From a virus (lineage: Duplodnaviria > Caudoviricetes), in IMG/VR virus record IMGVR_UViG_3300023443_000297, positions 1-56,230 of that record: a stretch of DNA of 56,230 nt. One strand, 5' to 3'. The first letter of the stretch is position 1. Each line of letters starts with the position of its first letter. The notes beneath the pieces are model-generated. The model was not told where the DNA came from, searched no databases, and saw only the letters and a list, made by a program, of their open reading frames with translations. Positions 9,484-19,510 of this stretch are shown in pieces. Both the position numbers and the translations under genes were made by a program.

Positions 9484-11145
9484 CTATCTAGGTGGGAGGT
9501 CAATAGGTACCACTATCACTCCTTTATTGGTATCGGGTGGGAGTTGATTTATTGGTGGGTATTCTGAGCGTTGAGGGGGATCAGGCACCACGTCAGTCCT
9601 CCTTAGTAATCTATCGCGGAACCACTGAGGGGCAAATTGGCTGTTCCTATTCCAGAACCAGCCCCAATGATCATCAACGATCAACACCTCACAGTGATCA
9701 GATGCCGACCTAGTACCCCTACCAGCCTCTTGGACTAAGGTCTGCATTGCATCGAAGCCGCCGAATTCTGGATCATCCTCTGTTCTCGCCTTAGTTACCG
9801 GACTGCGACCGTCAGCGAAAGGGATCTTGCCTACGATTATATATTCGCATTCGGCACCGGGAAAATCCCAGCCTGACGTAACTGCTGGGGACACCAACAG
9901 AGCAGGAGCAGGAGCATGGCGGAACTTGTTAACCATCTCTACTACGTTATCCTGATCATGCGAATGCAGGTATCCTTGGTGTCTGCTATAGGCCATGAAG
10001 AAGTTCCGGCGCTCATAGCTTACTGGAAATAGGATGCCCTTGCGATCCATGCGCCGGTCCATTATCTGATCTATCCTGGCTACCCATTGACGCCGGTCTG
10101 CGTCTGTAGCGCGATGGTCTAGCCTGACTGTCTTGATATGCTGGACCGGTGTATTTCGTGGAGGGTAATAGCTCGGTACTTCTAACCATTGACGCTCTGA
10201 TTCTGGTACACCGAGTAGATCAGCAGTCTTGGGGGTGATTATGGCAGACATCAAGAGTATCTTGCCTGAGTCCTGGTATAGCAATGGCGCATAGACACCC
10301 GGCCATACTGGAGTGAAGGCAAATCCAGTATACTTAGGTTCCCAGGTCCATCTACCTATAGCACCATGAATTGACCTGAGCTTCCTAACTGTTGAGGTTA
10401 TCCTTTTGAGTGCTCGTAGCTCACCAGAAGGAGGAGGGTTGCCGGTGTCATTTGCTGATTTGATATTCGCCTTTAATTCGGTCTCCACATTGGCTACTAC
10501 CTCAGCTGCATTGAAGGCCCATTGCTTCCAGCTAGTCCAATCATCATAGCCTCTCCTAGACAGACGGACGCCGGTTGATTCCACCTCATCTCGGCCTATA
10601 TATACCGACAGGTGCGATTCGATAGCCTTGAAAGCTAGGTGGGCCTCATCCATCACCAGTAGCGGGGCCTTGCCTAAGCCCTCAGGTTGCTGGCTTTGAG
10701 CTAGATAGTAGCTGTAGTTGGTGACGACTAGCTGAGATGATTTGGCTATGCTAAGCTGGTCGTAATAATGACAGCCGTTATTCCTATGCTCACACCATAC
10801 ACCAGCATGACAAGGGCCATCATCTACATTGACCTCTGGGTTTAGGTTACAGACATAGGAGTTCTGGCCTCTAATATCGTTCATGCCGATTTGTGCGAAG
10901 TCTTGAAGCAGTTGGGATTGGAGGCCCTTGGTAGCGGTGAGGATTACAGTGCGATTGCCAGAGACTGAGGATGCTAGAGCTGCTAGAAGGGATTTGCCTG
11001 AGCCAGTGGGAATGGACGCACAGAGGAATCGCTTGTCAGATGCAAGCCAGTCCATGATGGATGAGAACACGCGGTCTTGGCCCTCATACCAAGATGGGAA
11101 TCGGGGGTGGTTGAGGATCAAGGATGGTGCTGGTAAGATAGTCAT
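9484..11145 (-). CDS. DinG/XPD-family SF2 helicase
   Basis: PTGSGKS, RGQNSYVC (Fe-S cysteines), VVTNYSY, DEAH, MSA, QEAGRGTR. Confidence 0.9.
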   Translation of the reverse strand: MTILPAPSLILNHPRFPSWYEGQDRVFSSIMDWLASDKRFLCASIPTGSGKSLLAALASSVSGNRTVILTATKGLQSQLLQDFAQIGMNDIRGQNSYVCNLNPEVNVDDGPCHAGVWCEHRNNGCHYYDQLSIAKSSQLVVTNYSYYLAQSQQPEGLGKAPLLVMDEAHLAFKAIESHLSVYIGRDEVESTGVRLSRRGYDDWTSWKQWAFNAAEVVANVETELKANIKSANDTGNPPPSGELRALKRITSTVRKLRSIHGAIGRWTWEPKYTGFAFTPVWPGVYAPLLYQDSGKILLMSAIITPKTADLLGVPESERQWLEVPSYYPPRNTPVQHIKTVRLDHRATDADRRQWVARIDQIMDRRMDRKGILFPVSYERRNFFMAYSRHQGYLHSHDQDNVVEMVNKFRHAPAPALLVSPAVTSGWDFPGAECEYIIVGKIPFADGRSPVTKARTEDDPEFGGFDAMQTLVQEAGRGTRSASDHCEVLIVDDHWGWFWNRNSQFAPQWFRDRLLRRTDVVPDPPQRSEYPPINQLPPDTNKGVIVVPIDLPPR

Positions 11146-11378
11146 AGGTGAAGATGCTCCCCTACACCTTCATCCGGGGAGCATCGCCAACAGGTGCCCA
11201 AGCGTATCCCCGCTTGGGGTTGGAGTTCTGGCTGTTCTGCCGTTTGCAGAACTCTATAGCTTCCTCCTTGGTGAGGTGGGTAGCAGCCTTGGTGTAGAAC
11301 GGGGTCCCCTGGGTCTGACGCCACTCAAAACTTACGAACATTTGATTTCTCCTTAGCTTCCCTTTCCTTGACACCTTT

Positions 11379-11407
11379 ATTATGTCATACCTCTGTCTGG
11401 TTGTCAA
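11379..11407 (-). promoter_or_regulatory. Sigma70-type promoter
   Basis: TTGACA-N17-CATAAT with extended -10 TG. Confidence 0.7.
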
Positions 11408-11410
11408 GGG

Positions 11411-12664
11411 TTATAGTCGAACAATCTCATCCCCAGTCTGCATCAGCCTATCCCTGGCGATGCTACAGTAATCCTCTTCAGTATCGATGCCAATGGAATC
11501 GAATCCCTCATTCCTAGCTGCTATCAGAGTGCTGCCTGAGCCTGAGAAGGGATCAAGGATTAGGCCGCTTGGGGGAGTTATAAGGCGGCAGAGGTAGCGC
11601 ATGAGTTGGAGGGGTTTTACAGTTGGATGATTGTTACTTTCACTCCTGTCTTTCTTAGAAGCTTTGGCACAGTAGAAGAATCGAGCAGCAGAACCGCCCA
11701 TGTCTCCTGGAATTTTCATGGCAGTGTTGTATGAATCGTTGGTACCTTTACCAAAATAAGATTTTTCTGTGATTACTGAGTCTTTAATGTTTCCCGCCTT
11801 GCCTGTATATGGAAACAACTCCACCACTTCATCACTACCATCATGGATCAGATTAGCAGGCCAGCGTCCTTGGGGTTGATTATATTCCTTCCCAGTTGTT
11901 TTCTTGGGAGCCATCATACCAGCAGCAGCATCACTTCTTTGCCCGCCAGGGAGGTCTTGCCTATTTCCTTTATCAGCATACGCCCCACCACCTAAATTTT
12001 CATAGGTCTCTATCCTGCACCCATTAACATTCAGCCCACCAGTGCCGTATTCCAACACATTAGCAGCGACAGTCATCCCCTTACCTAGAGGCTTCCTGGC
12101 TAGGATGATTGGCTCCCACGCTGGCTTGAGTGCGGTACCCCAGCCTTCCCATTGTTTAGCTGCGTCAGTAGTACTAATTTCTACACCAGGTTGAAATATG
12201 CGTCCATTATCTTTAATCCATGAACCAGTATGGTCCTGATCAGCGCCAGGAATCATTCTCTTTACAGGACTCCCTACCGGGACTTTCTTTCTATCAGCAC
12301 CTGCAGCTTTATCTATTGCCTTGCTGACATCCAAACTCTTAGGAAACCCACTCCCATAAACCCACATCAGGCAATCCCTGATCTCGAACCCAGCATCCTC
12401 AATAGCCACCGTGAGCCGGTGATGAGTCCTGGTACCACCAAACGCTAACAGATGCGCTCCAGGCTTCATCACCCCCATTATAGCTTCCCAGAACACCACC
12501 CCGGGCACGCCATGATCCCAGTCCTTCCCCATGAATTCCAGACCATAAGGAGGATCAGTCACCACAGCATCCACCACATAGGGCAGTTGGGGTAGGATAT
12601 CCAGGCAATCACCGTGATAAATACTGGTGAGGGTATCCTGACCTGATATTAGGTAACCGGACAC
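11411..12664 (-). CDS. DNA methyltransferase (N6-A/N4-C, beta class)
   Basis: TDPPY, HPTVKP, LDPFSGSGST. Confidence 0.92.
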   Translation of the reverse strand: MSGYLISGQDTLTSIYHGDCLDILPQLPYVVDAVVTDPPYGLEFMGKDWDHGVPGVVFWEAIMGVMKPGAHLLAFGGTRTHHRLTVAIEDAGFEIRDCLMWVYGSGFPKSLDVSKAIDKAAGADRKKVPVGSPVKRMIPGADQDHTGSWIKDNGRIFQPGVEISTTDAAKQWEGWGTALKPAWEPIILARKPLGKGMTVAANVLEYGTGGLNVNGCRIETYENLGGGAYADKGNRQDLPGGQRSDAAAGMMAPKKTTGKEYNQPQGRWPANLIHDGSDEVVELFPYTGKAGNIKDSVITEKSYFGKGTNDSYNTAMKIPGDMGGSAARFFYCAKASKKDRSESNNHPTVKPLQLMRYLCRLITPPSGLILDPFSGSGSTLIAARNEGFDSIGIDTEEDYCSIARDRLMQTGDEIVRL

Positions 12665-12668
12665 CTAA

Positions 12669-13187
12669 CTATTCACCACCAATCAGATCAGCTACATTAT
12701 CCAGACTCATCAGATACCCGAACCGGGAATTCAACTCAGACATGTACTGATCCCGCCACCCACCGTCTGGCATAGACTCAATCTGGTTCATCACCCTGCT
12801 CACCAGGGACTTGGCACGGTCCACTTGACCCACGCCAACGTAACTGCCTATTCTCTCACTGAGACGGTCGAACACTTGGCGGAAGTCCTCATTGAATTCC
12901 TCCTCTCGGACTATCTCTATAATGGCATCCACCTGTGCCGTGACAGACGGTACCGGTGCCAAGGTCTCAAGCCAGTCTAGATGCCTCCTTACAGCATGAC
13001 GGATGATGTCGCCCTTAGAGCGGTAAGGGAAGGCCGATGAACCTGCTATGGTATCTAGTTGGCGATCATGTCCGGGCTGTATACGGAACCATGCTCGCTC
13101 TGAGTGGCCATTGGTATCGTTAGCCGGGACCCTGAACTCCTCTGGTGCTATTGGAGATATGAATTGTTCTTGCTGATCCTGTGCCAT
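12669..13187 (-). CDS. Putative ribbon-helix-helix regulator
   Basis: AWFRI...YRSKGDIIRHAVRRHL; has its own promoter. Confidence 0.55.
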   Translation of the reverse strand: MAQDQQEQFISPIAPEEFRVPANDTNGHSERAWFRIQPGHDRQLDTIAGSSAFPYRSKGDIIRHAVRRHLDWLETLAPVPSVTAQVDAIIEIVREEEFNEDFRQVFDRLSERIGSYVGVGQVDRAKSLVSRVMNQIESMPDGGWRDQYMSELNSRFGYLMSLDNVADLIGGE

Positions 13188-13212
13188 CTATCCTCTCAAA
13201 TACAATTGGTGT

Positions 13213-13241
13213 ACGTTAGCATACCATTGCCTCTGTGTCAA
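13213..13241 (-). promoter_or_regulatory. Sigma70-type promoter
   Basis: TTGACA-N17-TAACGT with extended -10 TG. Confidence 0.65.
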
Positions 13242-13474
13242 GCCCTAGCTATACCCAGGACTAAGAGTTGGTCTCGTAGTACTCTGTCTAGCCATACTCC
13301 TCCCCCGATAGGGTGCTCTTCCTCCAACCACTTTTGTACCCCCCAGAGCACCTTCCCTAGTTGAGCATCAGCCACAATCTGCGGCGAGAAGTAAGAAAAT
13401 CCCCCAGGTAGCTCTCGCTGCAAAGTTTGTCGGTACTCCTCAGGTGTTAGTTTCAGGTCCTCAATGTTTAGCAT
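13238..13474 (-). CDS. Hypothetical protein
   Basis: GAGGAG RBS. Confidence 0.55.
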   Translation of the reverse strand: MLNIEDLKLTPEEYRQTLQRELPGGFSYFSPQIVADAQLGKVLWGVQKWLEEEHPIGGGVWLDRVLRDQLLVLGIARA

Positions 13475-13766
13475 CTGATCTCTCCTCAGCTTCAGCAGAC
13501 CTAGGCCATACCGATCTGTAATCCAATATGGCTAAGATCTGGCTTACGCAATCATTAACAGTCGGAGTTCTGCGCAAGTACCGCTGGCGCTTACTCCGAC
13601 ACTCCCTGCATATCCTCTCTTTGGAGACCTTGTGTGGTAGGCTGGTGGTGTACCCTCCATCGAAGGGTTCATCTTGACCAGTAACCCATTTCCACCTGAA
13701 CTCGGAATCCTCTTTGGACTTCAGGCATTTGGAACACCTATTCATTTGCTGCCCTCGATACTCCAT
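13461..13766 (-). CDS. Zinc-finger protein
   Basis: CSKC...CREC. Confidence 0.55.
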   Translation of the reverse strand: MEYRGQQMNRCSKCLKSKEDSEFRWKWVTGQDEPFDGGYTTSLPHKVSKERICRECRSKRQRYLRRTPTVNDCVSQILAILDYRSVWPRSAEAEERSDAKH

Positions 13767-13978
13767 CCATATTGTTGCGATATGCTTCTCATTAGAGGAG
13801 TTTGGTTAATTAGTACAGCAATTGGAAATGTATAGCTTCCTTTTATATTGTTACACTTACTACAGCAGGGTTCTATATTATTTGGGTCGTTAGTGCCGCC
13901 CTTGTGTTTCGGAATAACATGATCCCAAGTATCTGCGAATTGTCCGCAAATATAACACTCCATATTTTCCGGTTTCAT
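13742..13978 (-). CDS. HNH endonuclease
   Basis: CYICG...DHVIPKHKGG...N...CCSKCNNIKG. Confidence 0.9.
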   Translation of the reverse strand: MKPENMECYICGQFADTWDHVIPKHKGGTNDPNNIEPCCSKCNNIKGSYTFPIAVLINQTPLMRSISQQYGWSIEGSK

Positions 13979-14004
13979 ACCGCCTGCTTATATTATACCA
14001 CACA

Positions 14005-14153
14005 GCAGTAGGGGATAGTGTGACCCTGTGCTATCAGCACTCGCGTAGGGGATAGTGTGTCTACGGTGATCGCCTGCGCTATATATAATAATACGGTCAA
14101 CGTATCCCCTACTGCGGTGACAGATAATGCCACTAGGTCAACGTATCCCCTAC
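14005..14153. repeat. Four ~18-bp iteron-like repeats (two direct, two inverted) around an AT-rich spacer; candidate replication origin
   Basis: GTAGGGGATA at 14008 and 14045; TATCCCCTAC at 14103 and 14144; TATATATAATAATA at 14080-14093. Confidence 0.7.
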
Positions 14154-14665
14154 AACTGTGCTGACATAGATTTGAGCTGATATTGAGCTAGATCTGGTAA
14201 GGATTCAATAACTAGAATGCTACGGGCTTGGTTCTCCATGTCAAGATCCCCTCTAAGCTTCGCGGCGCATTCAGTATGCGTGTGGATCCTGGTGACTCCT
14301 GAGAAGGGGATTCCGTCACCTATATCAATTGGGCCAAAGGTCTGTATAAGAATGTGGCTCACTGAAGACCTGGTATTGGTTTTCTTCTTGCTATTGTACT
14401 GAGCTATAGAATCTATCACCTTACCACATACGCAAGACCTGGTAGGAACATCTCTAGTTTTAGATATGTGCCAGTCCCGCTTGTACTGCCACACTGATGT
14501 GCGATCCCGGATCAGTTCTCGATCTACTTGAGCTTGGCACTCATCACAGGGGCAGTCCTCCGGGTCGCCAGGCATCCAAGTGAAATCGTGATAGGCAGCT
14601 ATATAGTCTAGGTCTGAGTCCGGTTCCAGCTCAGATTTCTTTGGCTTCCTTGGCATCCTTGGCAC
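14150..14665 (-). CDS. Hypothetical Cys-containing protein
   Basis: 171-aa ORF whose stop overlaps the last repeat. Confidence 0.55.
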   Translation of the reverse strand: MPRMPRKPKKSELEPDSDLDYIAAYHDFTWMPGDPEDCPCDECQAQVDRELIRDRTSVWQYKRDWHISKTRDVPTRSCVCGKVIDSIAQYNSKKKTNTRSSVSHILIQTFGPIDIGDGIPFSGVTRIHTHTECAAKLRGDLDMENQARSILVIESLPDLAQYQLKSMSAQL

Positions 14666-14666
14666 C

Positions 14667-15083
14667 TTAGTCCTCAGTAGTATCTTTTGGCTCGTCCCAG
14701 CATGGGTTCGGGATAGGGATTAGCCCCTCAGCCTTAATTGTCAATGCTTGAGTGCGATATTCTGAATCTTGGTCACCTTTGATAAATACCCTCACACATT
14801 CTGGGGCCTCCCATATGCACTGCTTGATATGATCCATAAAACTATCAAGGTCCAAATAGTTAAATGCACCAATGAACACCGGCATCATTATCTTATCCCC
14901 ACCCCATCTCACCCCGGTGACCTCAGTGCTTACTAATCCAGTCCTATATCCTCCGCGATCTGGATCGGTTAAATATGAATTTACTTCATCAATCACAGGA
15001 AATGAATCGGGTCCATCATTCTTGTTATGCTCGATATAGTTCTCTGGCCCTATGGTAAGAATAACATCTGTTATGCTACTCAT
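14667..15083 (-). CDS. Hypothetical protein
   Basis: 138-aa ORF with ATGA overlap and GAGGTG RBS. Confidence 0.65.
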   Translation of the reverse strand: MSSITDVILTIGPENYIEHNKNDGPDSFPVIDEVNSYLTDPDRGGYRTGLVSTEVTGVRWGGDKIMMPVFIGAFNYLDLDSFMDHIKQCIWEAPECVRVFIKGDQDSEYRTQALTIKAEGLIPIPNPCWDEPKDTTED

Positions 15084-17015
15084 TCCTGGCTCACCTCTTC
15101 GATATTGACGGTTATGGGGCCAGTGAGCTTTGGCTTCCCTATTAAAACGCTGTCGTCGAAAGGGTGGACCACTAATTCGACAGATTGGGGAGAGACATAC
15201 TTTTGACCCCTTAGGCCGCCAGATCCTCCCCAGTTAATTCCCCAACTATAGGTTTCTTCTTCTAGGTCAAGGAACTTGGCCATTTGGAGCGCCATCGGGC
15301 AGCACTCAGCCCCTCTGTGTCCGAGTGCCCACAGTTCGTAGGCGCGGTCGATAGTTTCCTGGGTGACAATTAGTTCAGGCATCAGTGGACCTCCATTTCT
15401 TGATCAGTCTTAACTCCACAAACGGGACAGAAAGGTAAGGGGTGCCAATCAGATGTGACGGTCAATCTACCGGAGGGGGTTTCTTTTAATCCTCTAAGAA
15501 TGGGCTGAAATTCCCCTTTGCCTGATTTCGTATCAACGATGTATCCATAATCAAGGAATTTCACCTGGTGCTTGGCTCCTGGGATGGACTGGGGTTTTGC
15601 TAAGAACTCGATATGTTTGCAGGCCATACCTTTAGTGGACCTCCGCAGTTGGTTTATTGTCGTAATACTCTTGAATAGACCACCTACGAGTATGGCGAGT
15701 ATCCTCACGGCCTGTTGATACAACGAGAGCATCATGATTGTTCATTGCTGGTGTTGGTTGATGCCCACATGGGCACTCACAGCGACCGTGACACGAGTTG
15801 CTGAGGAATGGCTCCTCAAAGTGAATCCATCCACGATGTGTACACTCATCGTGTCTCTTAAGATTACACGTCACTGACCTGTTCATATCAGTGTACCTCC
15901 GCAGTTAGATTGGGCTGTTTCCCAGAGTGGCGAGTGCCGAAGCAACAGATTTTCGCCAGCTTTGCAGCTGTCATCCAAGGGACTGATTTGTAGTAGAGGT
16001 TGACACAAGTCCGGTGTCCACATTGCACATAGACACCATTCCTAACATATGCCCTGTTTGTAAAGTCGAATTTCAGAACGTCCTTGACTTCTATAGCGGT
16101 TTCCATATCTGTTCTCCCTCCTTTTATAATACCACCTGGTATTCATTTAGTTCGGTCTCCTTGATGCCAGAGATAATTGGGTGAATAACCGCGATATCCC
16201 CAGTGCAGAACTTGATCGCGGTTGACACTAGGCGAAGGTTCTTACCTGATATGGTGCGCTCTGAGGGTAGCTTAGCAAGTAGCTGGTGGTACTCAGACCT
16301 TAGCCTATCGGTAAGGTTACCGGATCCATCACAGAGGTCACAGCCGTTGTAGAGGCTACCTACGCCTACACATTCCCAGCACAGCGGAGAGTGTACTGAT
16401 TCTGCCCAGTGTAGAGCTTCCTTTTTAGTTTTGGTTGTGCGGATTAGGTCGGGCATTTGTATTTTCCAAGCCCTGCCCTCTTTCCAGATATCCCCTAGTT
16501 TGTGTCCCATGCCTCTCCTTCCACAACCGTGAACCCTCTTCGCTCAGCATCCAGCTTCAGTTCCTGAAACACTCTCTTAGCGGATCTCCTGGGGCAGGTG
16601 TAGTAGTTGAAATGCCCGAAAGTAGCATCACTATCACTTATGTGGAATCCCCAAGATTTCCGGCTGGGATCACGGTACCCGGGTATTCTACCGTAGGCGA
16701 TAGTAACCTCCCTCTTAGTCTCTGTCATCGTTCTCCTGCCAGGACAACAGTAAACCTTTTCTGTTAATTTCCAATTATTATCTGTTATCATTACCTACTC
16801 AGGACCTCATTCCCTAGCCTGTAAACCCTGCTGAGCTGATCTGAGTCAGCCGTGAGGTAGCAGGTATAGTGAAAAGCCGTATGAGTAGAGGTTCTGCTAC
16901 CGCAGCCGAACACGCATAGGTTGGACTTAGCTCCGTTAATGAAACGCTTGGTCATCTCGGTTTTGATTTCGGTGTCTGTCATTCCTATCACTCTCTCCTT
17001 TCGTGGGTCATCCAA
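15080..17015 (-). other. Array of small early hypothetical genes (15080-15382, 15382-~15627, 15632-15886, 15888-16106, 16124-16510, 16495-16791, 16791-~16983)
   Basis: Coupled short ORFs with GGAGG RBSs downstream of the promoter at 17205-17234. Confidence 0.65.
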
Positions 17016-17204
17016 GGTTTCCCACAGCCATTGTAGCTACGCCCCTCCATCTTGTTTTTCACACACCACCAACACCACCCTGTATGCACTTTGTTGCTGG
17101 CTTCCCCTACTCCCTTGCGATGACAGACTATACAATCCATGGTGTCCTCCCGATATGTTATTTCTGGTCTGGTAAGGGTTCCTACTCTCTTCTTTGACAT
17201 CAGG

Positions 17205-17234
17205 AGTATAGCACAAGCCTTGCCTGGTTGTCAA
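17205..17234 (-). promoter_or_regulatory. Sigma70-type promoter for the early gene array
   Basis: TTGACA-N18-TATACT with extended -10 TG. Confidence 0.8.
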
Positions 17235-17244
17235 GCCTAATTAG

Positions 17245-17280
17245 GTAAAAAATTAGGGTACTGATTCAGAATCAGTACCC
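17245..17280 (-). terminator. Intrinsic terminator
   Basis: Hairpin GGGTACTGATT-N3-AATCAGTACCC followed by TAATTTTT on the minus strand. Confidence 0.75.
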
Positions 17281-17315
17281 CAATCTCCTTACCACGGACA
17301 GCTATTCGGAGGGAG

Positions 17316-18026
17316 TTACTTCGCTTTGGCCTTAGCCTTAGGTTTAACTCCATTAGTGACGATTGCATCCGAAGCCAATTTCAGTATAGTCTTGGCTGTG
17401 AATCCCACCAGGTTCAGCAGAGGATCCTTCTCAGCAGCCCTAATCACCAGGCGCGGTATCTTATCCCCTTTCCTAGCGGTGCCAGCCTCAATGCGTCTTA
17501 GGACACCCTTGACTCTGGGATCGTGACCTTGGTTGAACCGGGAGCCTTCCCTGTTATCATTCCCACACCCGCACAGGCACTTGGGGAAGATGGTTTTAAT
17601 CATACGGCTGCTTCTTGTCTGAGTCTGCGCCAAGGTAGTCTTAGTAGCTTTAGTAGCTTTAGTAGCTTTAGTAGCGGTCTGAGACTGAGCCTTGGGCTTG
17701 GGCTTAGTCTTAGGCCTAGGTGGTGCAGTAACAGACTTCGGTTTAGCTTTGGTCTCGGCCTTGGTTTTGGTAGCTGCTGTCGCCTTAGCTACCGGCTTAG
17801 GGGTAGCCTTGGTCGCCTTGGTCGCCTTGACAGCAGCCAGATTGGTAGCCTCATCCCGCTCTTGGTCATCAGACTCAGACTCCGACGCAAGTTTCTTTAT
17901 ACGACCCTCCCACATACGGATGACCTTGTAATCGGCATCCTTATCCCTGAGTTTCTTAAGAGTCTCCCTATACCTGGCTAGCTTCTGTTCTGGATCCTGG
18001 GTTGCAGTTGCAGTTGCAGTTGTCAT
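17316..18026 (-). CDS. Lys/Ala/Thr-rich (histone H1-like) protein with a CxCGCG...GHD metal-binding domain
   Basis: TKA repeats; CLCGCG...SRFNQGHD. Confidence 0.6.
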   Translation of the reverse strand: MTTATATATQDPEQKLARYRETLKKLRDKDADYKVIRMWEGRIKKLASESESDDQERDEATNLAAVKATKATKATPKPVAKATAATKTKAETKAKPKSVTAPPRPKTKPKPKAQSQTATKATKATKATKTTLAQTQTRSSRMIKTIFPKCLCGCGNDNREGSRFNQGHDPRVKGVLRRIEAGTARKGDKIPRLVIRAAEKDPLLNLVGFTAKTILKLASDAIVTNGVKPKAKAKAK

Positions 18027-18322
18027 CTCGATTTGCCCTCCTTTTTCTTATTAACCTTGGCGCTGGATAGCTGGCTCTGATCGATTGTACTAACTGTATC
18101 ATCCAGGTCAATCCTGAGAGCTACACATAAATCATCAACGGTTATATGGAGAGCTAATGCTATCCGACATGCCAGAAATAGGGAAGGCATAGATCTAAGG
18201 TTAAAAATACGGCTGATATGGGCGATGTCAGTACCGGTATCACGAGCCAATTGGGACCGGTTGACCTTGGCTATATCTATTTTGGGCTTGGGATCAGTCT
18301 CGGTTGCTGCTACAGTTACCAT
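18023..18322 (-). CDS. XRE/Cro-like helix-turn-helix regulator
   Basis: NRSQLARDTGTDIAHISRIF...PSL..ACRIALAL; GAGGTG RBS before the ATG at 18322. Confidence 0.8.
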   Translation of the reverse strand: MVTVAATETDPKPKIDIAKVNRSQLARDTGTDIAHISRIFNLRSMPSLFLACRIALALHITVDDLCVALRIDLDDTVSTIDQSQLSSAKVNKKKEGKSR

Positions 18323-18343
18323 TCTGGCACCTCTTGGAACGCA

Positions 18344-18373
18344 ATTATACACCCAACTCCAAGACCGGGTCAA
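18344..18373 (-). promoter_or_regulatory. Sigma70-type promoter for the HTH gene
   Basis: TTGACC-N18-TATAAT. Confidence 0.65.
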
Positions 18374-18752
18374 CCTTTGTCTAGGAGTCAAATGGCAAGG
18401 GGACAAACCACATAGCTATGATTCCTCGTATATCCAGCAGCAGACCTCGCCCAGGTCATCCACCTCCACCTGCACCGTAGAGAGCTTCACCGACACATTT
18501 TCGGCCACCCACACCCCTCCAGAATTCTGGGAGTAAATAAGGCGGGGGGCAGCCCGGGAGACGAGCTGATTAATGTCCCTCTCCCAGGCTTGGTCTCGAA
18601 TCCGCCCCACAGCCGTTCCGGCGGGTAGCACCTTTTCCTGTAGGAGGAGTTCATGGAAGCCGTCACACAACAAGACGAGGTCTGCGGGGGTCGCTGTGGC
18701 CATATCGGCGGGTATAGCCGAAGCCAAAGAGGCCATTGGCCACAAGGTGGAC

Positions 18753-19064
18753 TTAGACATTGGTCTGCACCCCCAATACGGCAATCGTGTCTGTCGTACC
18801 TTCCTTTCTCAAGTATAAGGAGTTGGTAATCATCAAGGCGGTATTGTAGTCGCTAAAGCCCCTCTGACTGGTATTGGCAGGATCATCCCGGGTAGTTACC
18901 GTTCCGACAAGGATAGCTTGAACCAACGTCCCATTATAAAGACTAATAGCATCAGTCAAACCGTTCTTGATGATGGCGGTAATCTGCTCCTCCACACCAG
19001 CGGCTGGTTGTCGATTGACCGTACCCGTTCCAAGGTAAACTGCCACAGCATCCCCAATTGCCAT
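18753..19064 (-). CDS. Putative minor tail protein
   Basis: AGGAGG RBS; end of the tail module. Confidence 0.55.
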   Translation of the reverse strand: MAIGDAVAVYLGTGTVNRQPAAGVEEQITAIIKNGLTDAISLYNGTLVQAILVGTVTTRDDPANTSQRGFSDYNTALMITNSLYLRKEGTTDTIAVLGVQTNV

Positions 19065-19073
19065 ACTTGCCTC

Positions 19074-19505
19074 CTAATGCCCAAAAAGTCTTATTTTTGC
19101 AAAGCTGTCTGCCGTCTTGGGTATCGCTCCTAAACTGTTAATAGCTTGTTTAATTCTCTCTGCTGTTACTCCTCTGACTTGGGTATCCGTGCCCCCCTCA
19201 GCCTGGCCCTGTGTCATAGGAGTTTCCAACCCCATTACACCAGCACTCTGCCCGACAATTATATCCCCTGTAGTAATAGCTGATAAGTCTGCCTCAGTAC
19301 CACCACTCTCATGTTTGAGGAGGTTTGACGCATCCATAACCGCTGCCCTTTCCATAGCGTTAAGTCCAGTAGCTACTAGCATGTCACCGTCTGTAGTAAC
19401 CTTTGCTGGACCAGTTTCATTAAGATTGTCGCGCACGTCAGTATTGAGAATAGCTGCCGTTACTACCTCTCCTGTAACATAAGTTCTTGGTGCAGTCCAG
19501 GCCAT
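19074..19505 (-). CDS. Tail fibre/tip-like protein, paralog 2
   Basis: MAWTAPRTYVTGEVVTAA N-terminus; paralog of 19511..19936. Confidence 0.65.
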   Translation of the reverse strand: MAWTAPRTYVTGEVVTAAILNTDVRDNLNETGPAKVTTDGDMLVATGLNAMERAAVMDASNLLKHESGGTEADLSAITTGDIIVGQSAGVMGLETPMTQGQAEGGTDTQVRGVTAERIKQAINSLGAIPKTADSFAKIRLFGH

Positions 19506-19510
19506 TAGTG

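Noticed and set aside
14005-14153. Repeats as a mini-CRISPR array
   Set aside because: The repeats are only ~18 bp, half are inverted, and there are no cas genes; 7395..7991 fits a phage recombination exonuclease
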